A DNA stretch of 63,982 nt, counting the filler, from an uncultured bacterium (GTDB taxonomy: Bacteria; CAYJOG01): assembly GCA_964371695.1 (NCBI GenBank). It is 7 parts of 7 records of this genome, joined end to end, with 100 filler letters (N's around TTAATTAATTAA, not from the genome) between each part and the next. Parts side by side here need not be neighbours in the genome. Positions count along the whole stretch, not along the records: positions 38,091 to 47,462 come from CAYJOG010000076.1; positions 47,563 to 56,788 come from CAYJOG010000077.1; 5 more parts are not named here. One strand, given 5' to 3'. The position numbers and the translations under genes were made by a program. Positions 44,109-53,200 of the stretch are shown here, piece after piece (the first letter of the stretch is position 1; every line of letters starts with the position of its first letter). The notes under the pieces were generated by a model. It was not told the DNA's origin. It was given only the letters and a program-made list of their open reading frames with translations, and did not search any database.

Positions 44109-45502
44109 GATTCTTCCAACTCTGTCTGAAGCCTGTTCAGTACGCGGCCCAAGGCCCTTGCAAGAAAACGGATTTCGGCGGAAGAAATGGACAGTGGCGG
44201 CATGAGCACCACCGTGCTGCCCAGGGGGCGCATGAAGACTTCTTCGTCCCGCAGCAAAAGCGCCACGCGGTGGCCGATGCGTTCGCCCCAGTCAAAAGCC
44301 AGACCCCGGTTTTTGTCGCGCATCAGTTCGATGCCCGCAGCAAAACCCTTAACCCGCACCTGACCCACCAGCGGGTGGGCCGCCAGTGGTTTGAGCATCG
44401 ATTCAAAAATGGCCTTGCGGTGGGCCAGGCTTTTTTGAAAAGATGGTTTTTGAAGTTGTTTGAGATTTTCCAGACATACCGCCGCCGCCAGAGGGTTGCC
44501 GGTAAAAGTGTGGCCATGAAAAAAGTGGCTGGCGTTCTGGTAATCATCCAGAAAACTGTCGTAGATGCTGGTTGTGGCCAGTGTGGCCGCCAGGGGCAGA
44601 TAGCCCCCCGTCAGGCCCTTGCCCAACACCAGCAGGTCGGGTGTCACGCCTTCTTGCGTGCATACAAACCACGGCCCCAGGCGGCAAAAGCCGGTGGCGA
44701 TTTCGTCGAGTATCAGTAGCAGGCCGTGTTGTTTCAGCAGGCGTGAGAGGCCCTTGAGGTAACCGGGAACCATGAACCACATGCCCCCCGCCGCCGCCAG
44801 CCCCGGCTCCATCACCGCGCCCACCAGTTGGTGGGCGTTTTGCTGGATAACTTTCTTGGCTTCCGCCAGCGCCTTGGTCAAAAATTCGCGGCGGTTTCTG
44901 GCCGTGTCCGGCACACCCTGCACCGGCCAAGCGGGGTAGGGCAGCTTGACGGTGGGGAACAGCAGCGGACGAAACGCCGCATGAAAAACATCCACGCCGC
45001 CCACGCTCACGGCTCCCAGCGTGTCACCGTGATAGGCCCCTTCAAAACTCAGAAACAACGATGGGGCTTCGCCTTTTTTGCCCAGACGGGCGTGGCGGCG
45101 GGTCATCACCTGATAGGCCATCTTCACGGCCACCTCCACGGCGGTGCTGCCATTGTCGGAATAAAAAACGTGGTTCAGTCCCTTTGGTGTGAGGTCCACC
45201 AGCGCCTTTGCAAGCCGAATGGCCGCAGGGTGTGTGGCCCCCAGCAGCGTGGTGTGGGCGGCTTTTGCGAGTTGCTGGTTGAGCGCCCGGTTGAGCGCCG
45301 GGTGGTTGTGCCCCAGTGTGTTGGTCCACATGCTGCCCACGGCGTCCAGATAACGTCGCGCACCGTCATGCAACCACACCCCCTGGCCGTGTGTGAACAG
45401 CAGCGGTTCTTCTCCCTCGTGATAATCCTTCATCTGCGTGAACGGATGCCAGACATGACGCCTGTCCAGTTCCAGCAGTTTTTCCCGTTCGCTTGCCTTC
45501 AT
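44105..45502 (-). CDS. bioA: Adenosylmethionine-8-amino-7-oxononanoate transaminase
   Basis: 'VWHPFTQMK', 'DNGSTAVEVAVKMA', 'YHGDT', 'DEIATGF', 'KGLTGGYLP' and 'HGHTFTGNP'. Confidence 0.95.
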   Translation of the reverse strand: MKASEREKLLELDRRHVWHPFTQMKDYHEGEEPLLFTHGQGVWLHDGARRYLDAVGSMWTNTLGHNHPALNRALNQQLAKAAHTTLLGATHPAAIRLAKALVDLTPKGLNHVFYSDNGSTAVEVAVKMAYQVMTRRHARLGKKGEAPSLFLSFEGAYHGDTLGAVSVGGVDVFHAAFRPLLFPTVKLPYPAWPVQGVPDTARNRREFLTKALAEAKKVIQQNAHQLVGAVMEPGLAAAGGMWFMVPGYLKGLSRLLKQHGLLLILDEIATGFCRLGPWFVCTQEGVTPDLLVLGKGLTGGYLPLAATLATTSIYDSFLDDYQNASHFFHGHTFTGNPLAAAVCLENLKQLQKPSFQKSLAHRKAIFESMLKPLAAHPLVGQVRVKGFAAGIELMRDKNRGLAFDWGERIGHRVALLLRDEEVFMRPLGSTVVLMPPLSISSAEIRFLARALGRVLNRLQTELEES

Positions 45503-45522
45503 GGCCAGAGGGTAACCACCCA

Positions 45523-46173
45523 TCACCCCAATATCCATTCCAGCATGGTGGCCAGAGGAGCTTCTTTTTTGCCCTTGGGGACAAGGCTGTGGTCGCCGCC
45601 TTCCACAACTTGCAGTGTGGTGGCAAAGGCTCGCCGGGACAGAACGGCCTTGAGTTTTTCCAGGTTACACAGATTGTCCCGTGTGCCCTGAATGAGCGTG
45701 AGGGGCAGGGGTTGTTCCAGAAGCGGTGTGTCTCTCAACTGGTCGGGTTTTTTGAGGGAGTGCAGGGGATAACCCAGGCACACCACGCGGGTCACCGGCC
45801 AACCTGTCCAGTCCGCCGCCGCCGCCACGCGGCCCCCCATGCTTTTGCCCACCAGCACCAGAGGGCCGGCCTGGGAATTTTCCTTCAGCCACGCACGCAG
45901 CATCTCCTGCAGGGCCGCCACGATTTTCACAAAAGGGTCTGGCGCTCTTTTTCCTTTTTCCTGATAGGGAAAATTTACGCGTCCGCACCAGATGTTTTTT
46001 TTGGCCAGTTCGTTTTCAAGCTGTATCAGCAGCGGCGTGTGGGCGTTGCCGCCCGCGCCGGGCAACAACAAAAAAATTTCTTTTGCCGCTGAAGAGGGTG
46101 GGGGAGACTGACTGTAGAGGCCGCAACCGGCGGCGCGAAAAACATGAACCGCATGGGAAGGGCTGTCTTTCAT
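45523..46173 (-). CDS. Alpha/beta hydrolase (KANL3/Tex30-like)
   Basis: 'PGAGG', 'GKSMGGR', 'LGYPLH', 'QGTRD' and 'GDHSL'. Confidence 0.85.
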   Translation of the reverse strand: MKDSPSHAVHVFRAAGCGLYSQSPPPSSAAKEIFLLLPGAGGNAHTPLLIQLENELAKKNIWCGRVNFPYQEKGKRAPDPFVKIVAALQEMLRAWLKENSQAGPLVLVGKSMGGRVAAAADWTGWPVTRVVCLGYPLHSLKKPDQLRDTPLLEQPLPLTLIQGTRDNLCNLEKLKAVLSRRAFATTLQVVEGGDHSLVPKGKKEAPLATMLEWILG

Positions 46174-47462
46174 CCGTTCAGTTGGCCGTCCAGACCAAGG
46201 GATTTCAGATAACGGGGAAAGGTGACTGTTTTACCGCTCAGGCGGCTTTCTTCTGCGGCAAAAGCCAGCAGGTGACTCAGCAGGCTGTTGCGGGCGCTGG
46301 TGAGCGCCTGGCCGCCGCCTGACCGCACGTTTTTTACGAAATCCAGCAACACGCCTTCGTCGCCGCCGCCGTGGTTGTGGGCCTCGTGGGGAATGAACTC
46401 CACACGGCTGGAGCCACGGGAAAAACGTCGCACCTCAAACAGGCCGCGAAAGTCACTCAGGCGGATTTCACCGTTGCTGCCGCAGATGCGCGTGGTGCGC
46501 TCCATGAGGGTGGAAAAAGCGTTGAGGCTGAACACGGCGGTGGCGCCGCCAGCAAAACGCAGGTTCACGGTCTGGTGATCCACCACGTCGTTGTCGCAGT
46601 GATACACACACCGGCCATAGGGGCCAGTGCGCAGGCTGTGCTGGATGCCCTCTTCGCTCAGGTCGTCCATCACCGCGCCCGCCAGCGAACTGTGGCGCGG
46701 GTTTTGCAGGTAATGCACCAGACTGCTGGGGGCCACGCCCAGCGCCAGTTGGGGGGGAATGGCCGGACGGGCGGGATTCAGATAAAGCTTGATGGCCGAA
46801 TAAGGACAGGTGCGCTCCACCTTGCAGCCATTGGTGCAGCGGGGCGCAGAACCCGCTGGCGCATTGGCGGCCTTGAACCAGCTCAGTTCGCCAAAGCTGC
46901 TCAACTGCTGCACCGGCTGACCCAGAAACCAGCACAGCAGGTCCAGGTCATGGCAGCTTTTGGTCATGAGCAGAAAACTGCTTTCGTCTTGCCTGCGCCA
47001 GTGGCCCCGCACATAAGAATGGGCGAAGTGCCAATATCCCACGCTCTCGGTGTGGTTGATGTGCAGCACCTGACCAATGGTGTTGCGCTCGATCAGGCGT
47101 TTGACCTTGCGGAAGGCCCGGCTGAAACGCAACACGTGGCAAATCTGCAACAGGTTGCCCGTTTTTTCCGACGCCGCCGCCAGGGCCATGCAGTCGGTGG
47201 GCGACAGGGCCATGGGTTTTTCCAGCAACACGGCATAACCGGCCCTGAGCGCCGCCAAGGTGCTGGGCACGTGTAATGCGTCTTGCGTGGCGTTGAGCAG
47301 GGCAGAGGCCAGTTGGGGGCGGCGCAGCATCTCTTGCCAGTTCTCGAAACAGTTCTCTTTGGGAATGCTGAAACGGCGGCGGGCTTTTTCGCGGCGCTCG
47401 GCGTTGGGCTCGGCCACGGCCACATATCGCACCTTGTCCGGGTGCTTGATCACCACGTCGCC
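46170..47462 (-). CDS. Gfo/Idh/MocA family oxidoreductase, 5' truncated
   Basis: 'LLEKPM', 'HSYVRG', 'KSCHDLD', 'GPYGRCVY' and 'HGGGD'. Confidence 0.92.
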   Translation of the reverse strand, partial: GDVVIKHPDKVRYVAVAEPNAERREKARRRFSIPKENCFENWQEMLRRPQLASALLNATQDALHVPSTLAALRAGYAVLLEKPMALSPTDCMALAAASEKTGNLLQICHVLRFSRAFRKVKRLIERNTIGQVLHINHTESVGYWHFAHSYVRGHWRRQDESSFLLMTKSCHDLDLLCWFLGQPVQQLSSFGELSWFKAANAPAGSAPRCTNGCKVERTCPYSAIKLYLNPARPAIPPQLALGVAPSSLVHYLQNPRHSSLAGAVMDDLSEEGIQHSLRTGPYGRCVYHCDNDVVDHQTVNLRFAGGATAVFSLNAFSTLMERTTRICGSNGEIRLSDFRGLFEVRRFSRGSSRVEFIPHEAHNHGGGDEGVLLDFVKNVRSGGGQALTSARNSLLSHLLAFAAEESRLSGKTVTFPRYLKSLGLDGQLNG

Positions 47463-47562
47463 NNNNNNNNNNNNNNNNNNNNNNNNNNNNNNNNNNNNNN
47501 NNNNNNTTAATTAATTAANNNNNNNNNNNNNNNNNNNNNNNNNNNNNNNNNNNNNNNNNNNN
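47463..47562. other. Artificial contig linker
   Basis: N44-TTAATTAATTAA-N44. Confidence 0.97.
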
Positions 47563-47676
47563 TATCTTTTGCCGCAGGCCCATGTAACCGTCGCTGGGGG
47601 CCAGCATGGCCATCACCAGCCCCAGGCCAATCACCACCAGGGCAGCTTGCAGGAACAGGGAAAGACGGGGTGTCAT
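47563..47676 (-). CDS. ccmC: 5' fragment of probable heme exporter CcmC
   Basis: 'MTPRLSLFLQAALVVIGLGLVMAMLAPSDGYMGLRQKI' has the TM + AP..MG..Q(K/R)I pattern and follows ccmB. Confidence 0.65.
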
Positions 47677-47685
47677 GGTTTGCCC

Positions 47686-48378
47686 TTAACTCGCTTCGTT
47701 CAAAAGGTAGTCGCTCATGAGAAATCCGAGAAAAAAATAAAGCACATTGGCCCCCAGCATCAGCCGCCACCAATGGGCCACAGGGGCGGTTGGGTCCACC
47801 CCCCACAGGCGGGCCGTGAGATGCACGGCGGCCAACAGGATGGGCACGTTCAGCGGAAAGAGCAAGAGGGGAAAAAACACCTCACGGAAACGCGTGTGGA
47901 CGCTCAGCAGGCTGAACACGCCCCCCAGGCTCACCGTGGCGGCGGAAAACAGCGCCAGCACCGCCAGAAAACCCGGCAGGTCCACATTCAGGTTTTTGCC
48001 GCCGGGGGTCTGGGTGAAGAAAAAAACATACAGGCCAAAGGTGAGCGCCCCCACCCCCGTCACCTGCAACCAGGCCGCCGCCCATTTGCCCAGATGCACG
48101 CCTGCCAGGTCCACGGGCAAAATCAGCCATTGCTCCAGCGTGCGGCTTTGCAGTTCACCCAGATAGAGCCGGGCGGTCATTTGTGTGGCCCCAAAAAGCG
48201 TGACCACCCAATAAAGCCCCACCCCCACGCGGGGAGACAAGGTTCCCTCGCCCGCCAGCGAAAACTGAAGCACAAACAGCGACAGCAGCACAAACAGCAG
48301 CGTGCCCAGCCACAGCTCGCGGGTGCGCCACTCCAGCAACAGGTCTTTGCGAAAAAGGAGCCAGGCCACCCGGAGCAT
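47686..48378 (-). CDS. ccmB: Heme exporter permease CcmB
   Basis: 'KDLLLEWRTRE', 'GK' and 'REVFFPLLLFPLNVP'. Confidence 0.92.
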   Translation of the reverse strand: MLRVAWLLFRKDLLLEWRTRELWLGTLLFVLLSLFVLQFSLAGEGTLSPRVGVGLYWVVTLFGATQMTARLYLGELQSRTLEQWLILPVDLAGVHLGKWAAAWLQVTGVGALTFGLYVFFFTQTPGGKNLNVDLPGFLAVLALFSAATVSLGGVFSLLSVHTRFREVFFPLLLFPLNVPILLAAVHLTARLWGVDPTAPVAHWWRLMLGANVLYFFLGFLMSDYLLNEAS

Positions 48379-48419
48379 CGGGGTAGTTTATTCACTTGGG
48401 GCGGAAATAAAGGCGATGG

Positions 48420-48965
48420 TCAGACTTCAATCCGAAACAGGCCCTTGAGGCTGGCCGGGCTGCGCACCACGATTTGCACGTGGGTCTGGGCAAAAAAGCC
48501 GCTGCCTTCAAACAGGGGTTGGCCCTCCCAGAAAAGCCCCCGCACGGTGTCGAAGGGGGTGGCGTTTTCTTCCAGAAGCAGCTCATGCAAATGGTTGACG
48601 ATGGCGCAATCCAGGTTGCGGCGGCCCCCTTCGTTCCGGGGCAAGGGGCTTTTTGTTTTGATGGCCATCTGTTGCAGGGCGGCATGGGCTGCTGCCAGCA
48701 TTTCCAGGCTTTCCCGCGACATCAGGTCAAGGCACCAGGCCAGGTCAATCACGCCCCCGACCACAAAGGCTTCGCCGCCATAACGGGCGCTGGCCCATTC
48801 ACGGGCGCGGCGCGGGTCGGCTTCCCAGAAATAAATGCCGTGCCCCAGCCAGTCGTGTTCGTTCTCACTGGGCCGCAACACGGTTTCTCCCCGCAGCACA
48901 CTTTCGCCCACCTCGCGGCGGCAACCGTGATAACCCAGCACAAAGGCCGTATGCAGGCGGTTCAT
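48420..48965 (-). CDS. Hypothetical protein with ADP-ribosyltransferase-like motifs (candidate toxin)
   Basis: 'GYHG', 'WLGHGIYFWE', 'A.EWA' and 'THVQIVVR'; ATGA overlap with the small upstream ORF. Confidence 0.7.
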   Translation of the reverse strand: MNRLHTAFVLGYHGCRREVGESVLRGETVLRPSENEHDWLGHGIYFWEADPRRAREWASARYGGEAFVVGGVIDLAWCLDLMSRESLEMLAAAHAALQQMAIKTKSPLPRNEGGRRNLDCAIVNHLHELLLEENATPFDTVRGLFWEGQPLFEGSGFFAQTHVQIVVRSPASLKGLFRIEV

Positions 48966-49162
48966 CGCGGCATTGGCGATGAAGGCGGGGGCGAAAACTG
49001 GCCCAGCTCGGTCTGGCAGTATTCGGGCATCAGTTCACCATTGCCGTCATAAATCCCGGATCTTTGCAGGGCGCGCATCGCCAGTTCGGGCGTTTTGGTG
49101 TTTTTTTCGGTGTAGTCCCGAATGGCCTGCAAAACAGCCTGATGTCCTTTTTCATCGTACAT
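48962..49162 (-). CDS. Small hypothetical protein (candidate antitoxin)
   Basis: 66 aa, 'TPELAMRALQRSGIYDGNGELMPEY', translationally coupled to the downstream ORF. Confidence 0.6.
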   Translation of the reverse strand: MYDEKGHQAVLQAIRDYTEKNTKTPELAMRALQRSGIYDGNGELMPEYCQTELGQFSPPPSSPMPR

Positions 49163-49210
49163 AGGTGCCAGTGTAGCAGAAAATACTGTTTATCCGGTGT
49201 GTTTCGTGTT

Positions 49211-49867
49211 TTATGTATTCACCGGCTTCACGCCCGCTGGCCCCACGCTCAGCACCATGGGCGCAAGTGCGGCAAAAACATCTGGCTGGTGGGTGGCCAC
49301 CAGCGCACCGCCGCCGCCCGACAGGTGGGCTTTGAGCGCCCCCAGCAGCCACGCGGTGCCGGAGGGGTCCAGGGTGGTTTCCGGTTCGTCCAGCAGCCAC
49401 AGGCTGGCGCGGGAAAGCGCCATCAGGCATAGCGCCGTGCGTTTGCGCAGACCGCTGGAAAGTGTACGGATGCGGGCGTGCAGGCGGTTTTCCAGCCCCA
49501 GGGCGGCCGCAGCGGCGGGGATCTCCTGAAGCGCCCCGCGTCCCCGGCGCGCCTGCAAAAACAGGCCCAGGTTTTCCTGCACCGACAGGTCTTCATAAAG
49601 CGCGGGCCACGCCCCCATATAAGCCGTGTGGCGGCGCACGGCCTGACGGTTTTTCTGGGCGTCCTGACCGGCGATGATCACCCGGCCCTGGCTGGGGGTG
49701 AGCACGGTGGCCGCCTGTTTGAGCAGTGTGGTTTTGCCGCAGCCGTTGGGGCCGATGAGCAGCGTGAGGCCGCCTGCGGGCAGGCTCAGGCTGGTTTTGC
49801 GGAACACCCAGCGGCCCCCCAGCCGCTGGCCCACGGCTTGCATTTGCAGGAGTGGTTCAGTCGTCAC
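49211..49867 (-). CDS. ccmA: Heme ABC exporter ATP-binding protein CcmA
   Basis: GPNGCGKTT, 'LSSGLRKR', 'LWLLDEP' and 'ATHQ'; lies upstream of ccmB/ccmC. Confidence 0.88.
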   Translation of the reverse strand: MTTEPLLQMQAVGQRLGGRWVFRKTSLSLPAGGLTLLIGPNGCGKTTLLKQAATVLTPSQGRVIIAGQDAQKNRQAVRRHTAYMGAWPALYEDLSVQENLGLFLQARRGRGALQEIPAAAAALGLENRLHARIRTLSSGLRKRTALCLMALSRASLWLLDEPETTLDPSGTAWLLGALKAHLSGGGGALVATHQPDVFAALAPMVLSVGPAGVKPVNT

Positions 49868-51779
49868 GTTTCTCTGCCAGACAGGCCTGCCGCACCTCGG
49901 CGTAACGCCCCATGAATTCGTCGCGCACAAAGGTGATTTCTTCTTCGAGCATGGTGGTGATGTTCTTCCAGAACTCGTGGGAGGTGCGCAGATAAAGCAT
50001 GTGTTTGTCGTCGCCGCTGTCTTTCAGGCCGGTGGTGTCCAGCCCCGCCAGTTTCACCAGATGGGAATAAAACCGGGTGTGCAGCAAAAAGGTTTCTTCC
50101 ACCGCCTTTTCAAACGCGTTGAAGAGTTCTTCGGCCTCCTGGGCCTGTGCAAAAAACTGGATGCGCTCGGCGGCCTGCAGCGTCTCCTGCATGTCGGCGT
50201 AAACCTCGGTGAGCTTCGTGGCTGTTTCAAAGGCTTTGTTGTAGCTTTCCAGAATTTTTTGGGCGTTGTCTTCTGCGAGGTTTTCGCGCAGCCAGACGAG
50301 GCCGGTTGTGTGGGCATTTTTAACCTTTTCGCGAGGAGAAAACGGTTCCTGACAGTATTTTTCGATGGCCTCGGCCAGGGGCATGACCTCGAAATGTTTT
50401 TTCTTCGCGCCGCCTTCGGTGGCGTCGATGAAGTGTGTGGCCGGGGCCATGAATTTCAGATAGGCGTCCAGCCACACCAGGGTGGTGTAATACACCACGG
50501 CCGTCCTCACCGTGCCGCCCAGGGCGGCGGGCACCTCGATGGTGTCGGGGTGGCGCTCGCTCATGTCGGTGCGGAACGATCCGGGGGCATACCATTCGTT
50601 GTCCGTGAACGCCAGGTCAAACCCCACCGTGATCACCGGGTCGCAGCCCAGCATCACCCCCAGCATGATGGCGTCCGTCACCACGCTGCCGCCGCTGGGG
50701 CTGGCGCTTTTGGGGCCTATCAGCGGCTCCAGGGGTTTGATGAGATGGGCGTCGCGGTGATAGGCGAACGACAGCGCCGGGGCGTGATCCCACACCTCCT
50801 TGCAGGCGTCCAGACAGCCATAAAACCCCACGTCCGGCGGCAGGCCCTCCTCAGGAAACTTCTTGGCGTTGATGGGGTTTGGGTCCACCGTGCAGACAAT
50901 GTGGGGTTTGATGCCCGCCAGTTGCAGGGGCTTGATGCTGGTGTCCAGCGCCAGCAGCAGGGCGCGGTCTTCCAGGTCTTTGAGCAGGTGTACGTTTTTT
51001 TTCAGGCTGGGGCCGGGCGCAATCACAATGGCCGGGCGGCCCTTGAAGTCCTGCTCGGCGAGATCCATGGTGCTGGCGCTGCGCAGACCGTGCAGCAGGT
51101 TCATCATCATGTTGCGCTGAAACTGCGCGCCCCCGGCATCGCCGGTGTTGTAGTTCACCTGGGACATCATCACGGCGTCTTCGGTTGATTCGCGGATGAT
51201 CTCGCTCTTTTTGCGCAACTGGGGCTGGTAACAGTAACTTTCCACCACGTTGTGCAGGTGGGCGCTCAGGGTGGTGTCATAGGCGTCGTGGGCCAGACGG
51301 TAGGCATGGGCCTTGTCGGGGTCCACGCCCAGCAGCACATTCCCATGCGTGAGGATGTCGGTGAGGTCTTCGTTGCGCATGGCCAGGGCAAAGGCGTTCT
51401 GACTGGGCTCAAGGATGCACAGGCGCAGGTGTTCGCCAAACAGGCGGATGGCCGCCCGCGCGGCGTATCCCAGGCCAAAACCCACCAGCGCCAGGGTGTC
51501 GCCGATTTCCCGCTCCAGCTCTCCCAGGGCCTTCTCCGGCTCGCGGTAGGGGTCCACCGGGTTGTTCATGCTGTGGCGGCGGCCCTGATCGTCCACCATG
51601 CGCAACACGCCGTGGCCCTGTCGGCTTTTGAAATATTCCAGCACCAGGTCGTCTTCGGTGTTCACCCAGTCAGGGTTGCGCAGGTTCTCGAAATAGTTCT
51701 CAGGCAGCGCCGGGGGGCACTTGAGTTTTTCAATGGCCGCGATGTTTTTTTCCAGCAGTTCCCTGTTCATGTCCCGCAA
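49857..51779 (-). CDS. Motility-associated factor (Maf, DUF115) flagellin glycosyltransferase
   Basis: 'GFGLGY', 'GPSLKKN', 'GIKPH...VDP', 'GSV', 'GFDLAF' and 'DATEGGAK'. Confidence 0.85.
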   Translation of the reverse strand: MRDMNRELLEKNIAAIEKLKCPPALPENYFENLRNPDWVNTEDDLVLEYFKSRQGHGVLRMVDDQGRRHSMNNPVDPYREPEKALGELEREIGDTLALVGFGLGYAARAAIRLFGEHLRLCILEPSQNAFALAMRNEDLTDILTHGNVLLGVDPDKAHAYRLAHDAYDTTLSAHLHNVVESYCYQPQLRKKSEIIRESTEDAVMMSQVNYNTGDAGGAQFQRNMMMNLLHGLRSASTMDLAEQDFKGRPAIVIAPGPSLKKNVHLLKDLEDRALLLALDTSIKPLQLAGIKPHIVCTVDPNPINAKKFPEEGLPPDVGFYGCLDACKEVWDHAPALSFAYHRDAHLIKPLEPLIGPKSASPSGGSVVTDAIMLGVMLGCDPVITVGFDLAFTDNEWYAPGSFRTDMSERHPDTIEVPAALGGTVRTAVVYYTTLVWLDAYLKFMAPATHFIDATEGGAKKKHFEVMPLAEAIEKYCQEPFSPREKVKNAHTTGLVWLRENLAEDNAQKILESYNKAFETATKLTEVYADMQETLQAAERIQFFAQAQEAEELFNAFEKAVEETFLLHTRFYSHLVKLAGLDTTGLKDSGDDKHMLYLRTSHEFWKNITTMLEEEITFVRDEFMGRYAEVRQACLAEKRDD

Positions 51780-51813
51780 GCATTATGGCGCAGCAACGTG
51801 CCCGGCGGCGAGG

Positions 51814-53028
51814 TTACAAAAGCTGTGACAGGAATGTCCTGGCTGGAACCACCAGGGGATCTCTGGGCTTGGCGAAACAGTCTGCTTCAACATAAGGGGC
51901 GTCCAGCACCACCTGGAAAGCAAAGGGGGCTCCCAGTTGGTTCTGATAATACCCAAGGGATTTGCTGGGGGCAGCATCGTGTTGCTTGACCTCCACCAGA
52001 AACCATGGGTTGCCATCGCGCACCACTACAAAATCCACCTCGTTTTTTTCCTTGTCCCGCAGATAACCCAGTTCGAACCGCCCCAGCCCCATGTCGGTCC
52101 AGCCTTCCACGGCCTTGAGCAGGTGGCACGCCACAAAGGTCTCGGCCCTGTCGCCGGGGTCTTCAATGCCCGACCAGTCCCGCAGAAACCATTTGGGTTC
52201 CTTGCGCAGCGACCTTGAGACGTTTTTGAACCACGGGCGCACCAGAAACCCGAGGTGCAGGTTGCAGAGCACCTCAATCCACCGGCGGGTGGTGTCCACC
52301 GAAATGCGCACCTCTTTGGCCAGATTGCCATAAACCAGTTGCCGCGACGACCGGGCCGCCAGAAGTTTCACCAGCACTTCCATCTGGCCGATCTGCTGGA
52401 TTTGCGCCATTTCCCGGATGTCCTCGCGCACCAGTTGTGCGTGGCGCAGAGACTGCCAGCGGCGACTGAAGCGGGGATCCCGCTTGAGGAACGGCTCTGG
52501 ATAACCCCCGTGTTGCCAGAGGGCCGCAAACTCGGTTTCTTTCGGTTTTTTGGGAGGGCGGAGGATGGACTTGTCGCCGGGGAGGCTTTGCACCAGCGTC
52601 TCGGCCACCGAGAAGGGGTGCATCCGGTAAAGGAAATAACGCCCCATCAGGCTGTCGCCTCCCCGGCGATAGGCGTCCATGCGGCTGCTGCCCGTGACGA
52701 TGATGCGCACCCGGCTCCCGTGGGTGTCAAAAAAACCTTTCAGAAATCCTTTCCAGCCGGGGTATTTATGCAACTCGTCAAACAGCGCCACCGGAGGAGT
52801 TCCTGCAAGGCGGTTCAGTCCGAGCCAGTTCGAAAGTTTTTCCGTACCCGAGAGAATCAGCGCACGGTCATCCACGTTGTCCCAGTTGGCGTAGTGGTGG
52901 GCAAGCCCGCGACAGGTGGTGGTTTTGCCCACCTGCCGGGGGCCGCTGACAAAAATCATCTGGCGGTGCGTGGCCAGGTGATCGGCCAGCAGCGTGTCAT
53001 AAAAACGGGTGTCTCCCACCTCGACCAT
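51814..53028 (-). CDS. AAA_14 ATPase with DUF4143 C-terminal domain
   Basis: 'GPRQVGKTT', 'DELHK', 'VTGSS', 'GGYPEP', 'EVDFV' and 'VEVK'. Confidence 0.9.
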   Translation of the reverse strand: MVEVGDTRFYDTLLADHLATHRQMIFVSGPRQVGKTTTCRGLAHHYANWDNVDDRALILSGTEKLSNWLGLNRLAGTPPVALFDELHKYPGWKGFLKGFFDTHGSRVRIIVTGSSRMDAYRRGGDSLMGRYFLYRMHPFSVAETLVQSLPGDKSILRPPKKPKETEFAALWQHGGYPEPFLKRDPRFSRRWQSLRHAQLVREDIREMAQIQQIGQMEVLVKLLAARSSRQLVYGNLAKEVRISVDTTRRWIEVLCNLHLGFLVRPWFKNVSRSLRKEPKWFLRDWSGIEDPGDRAETFVACHLLKAVEGWTDMGLGRFELGYLRDKEKNEVDFVVVRDGNPWFLVEVKQHDAAPSKSLGYYQNQLGAPFAFQVVLDAPYVEADCFAKPRDPLVVPARTFLSQLL

Positions 53029-53200
53029 TATCGTGTCTATCGTAGAATAGTCAAGACCATTTTACGACACGTCGTATTTTGGTCGGACTTGGGGCGGCAA
53101 CGGCTTTCTGTCAACCTGCGCCTCCATAAGCATCTCCCCCGTTTTCTGGACATAATGGACGCGCCCGAAAGGGCCATTTCCCTTTTAAAAGGCTTTTTTC

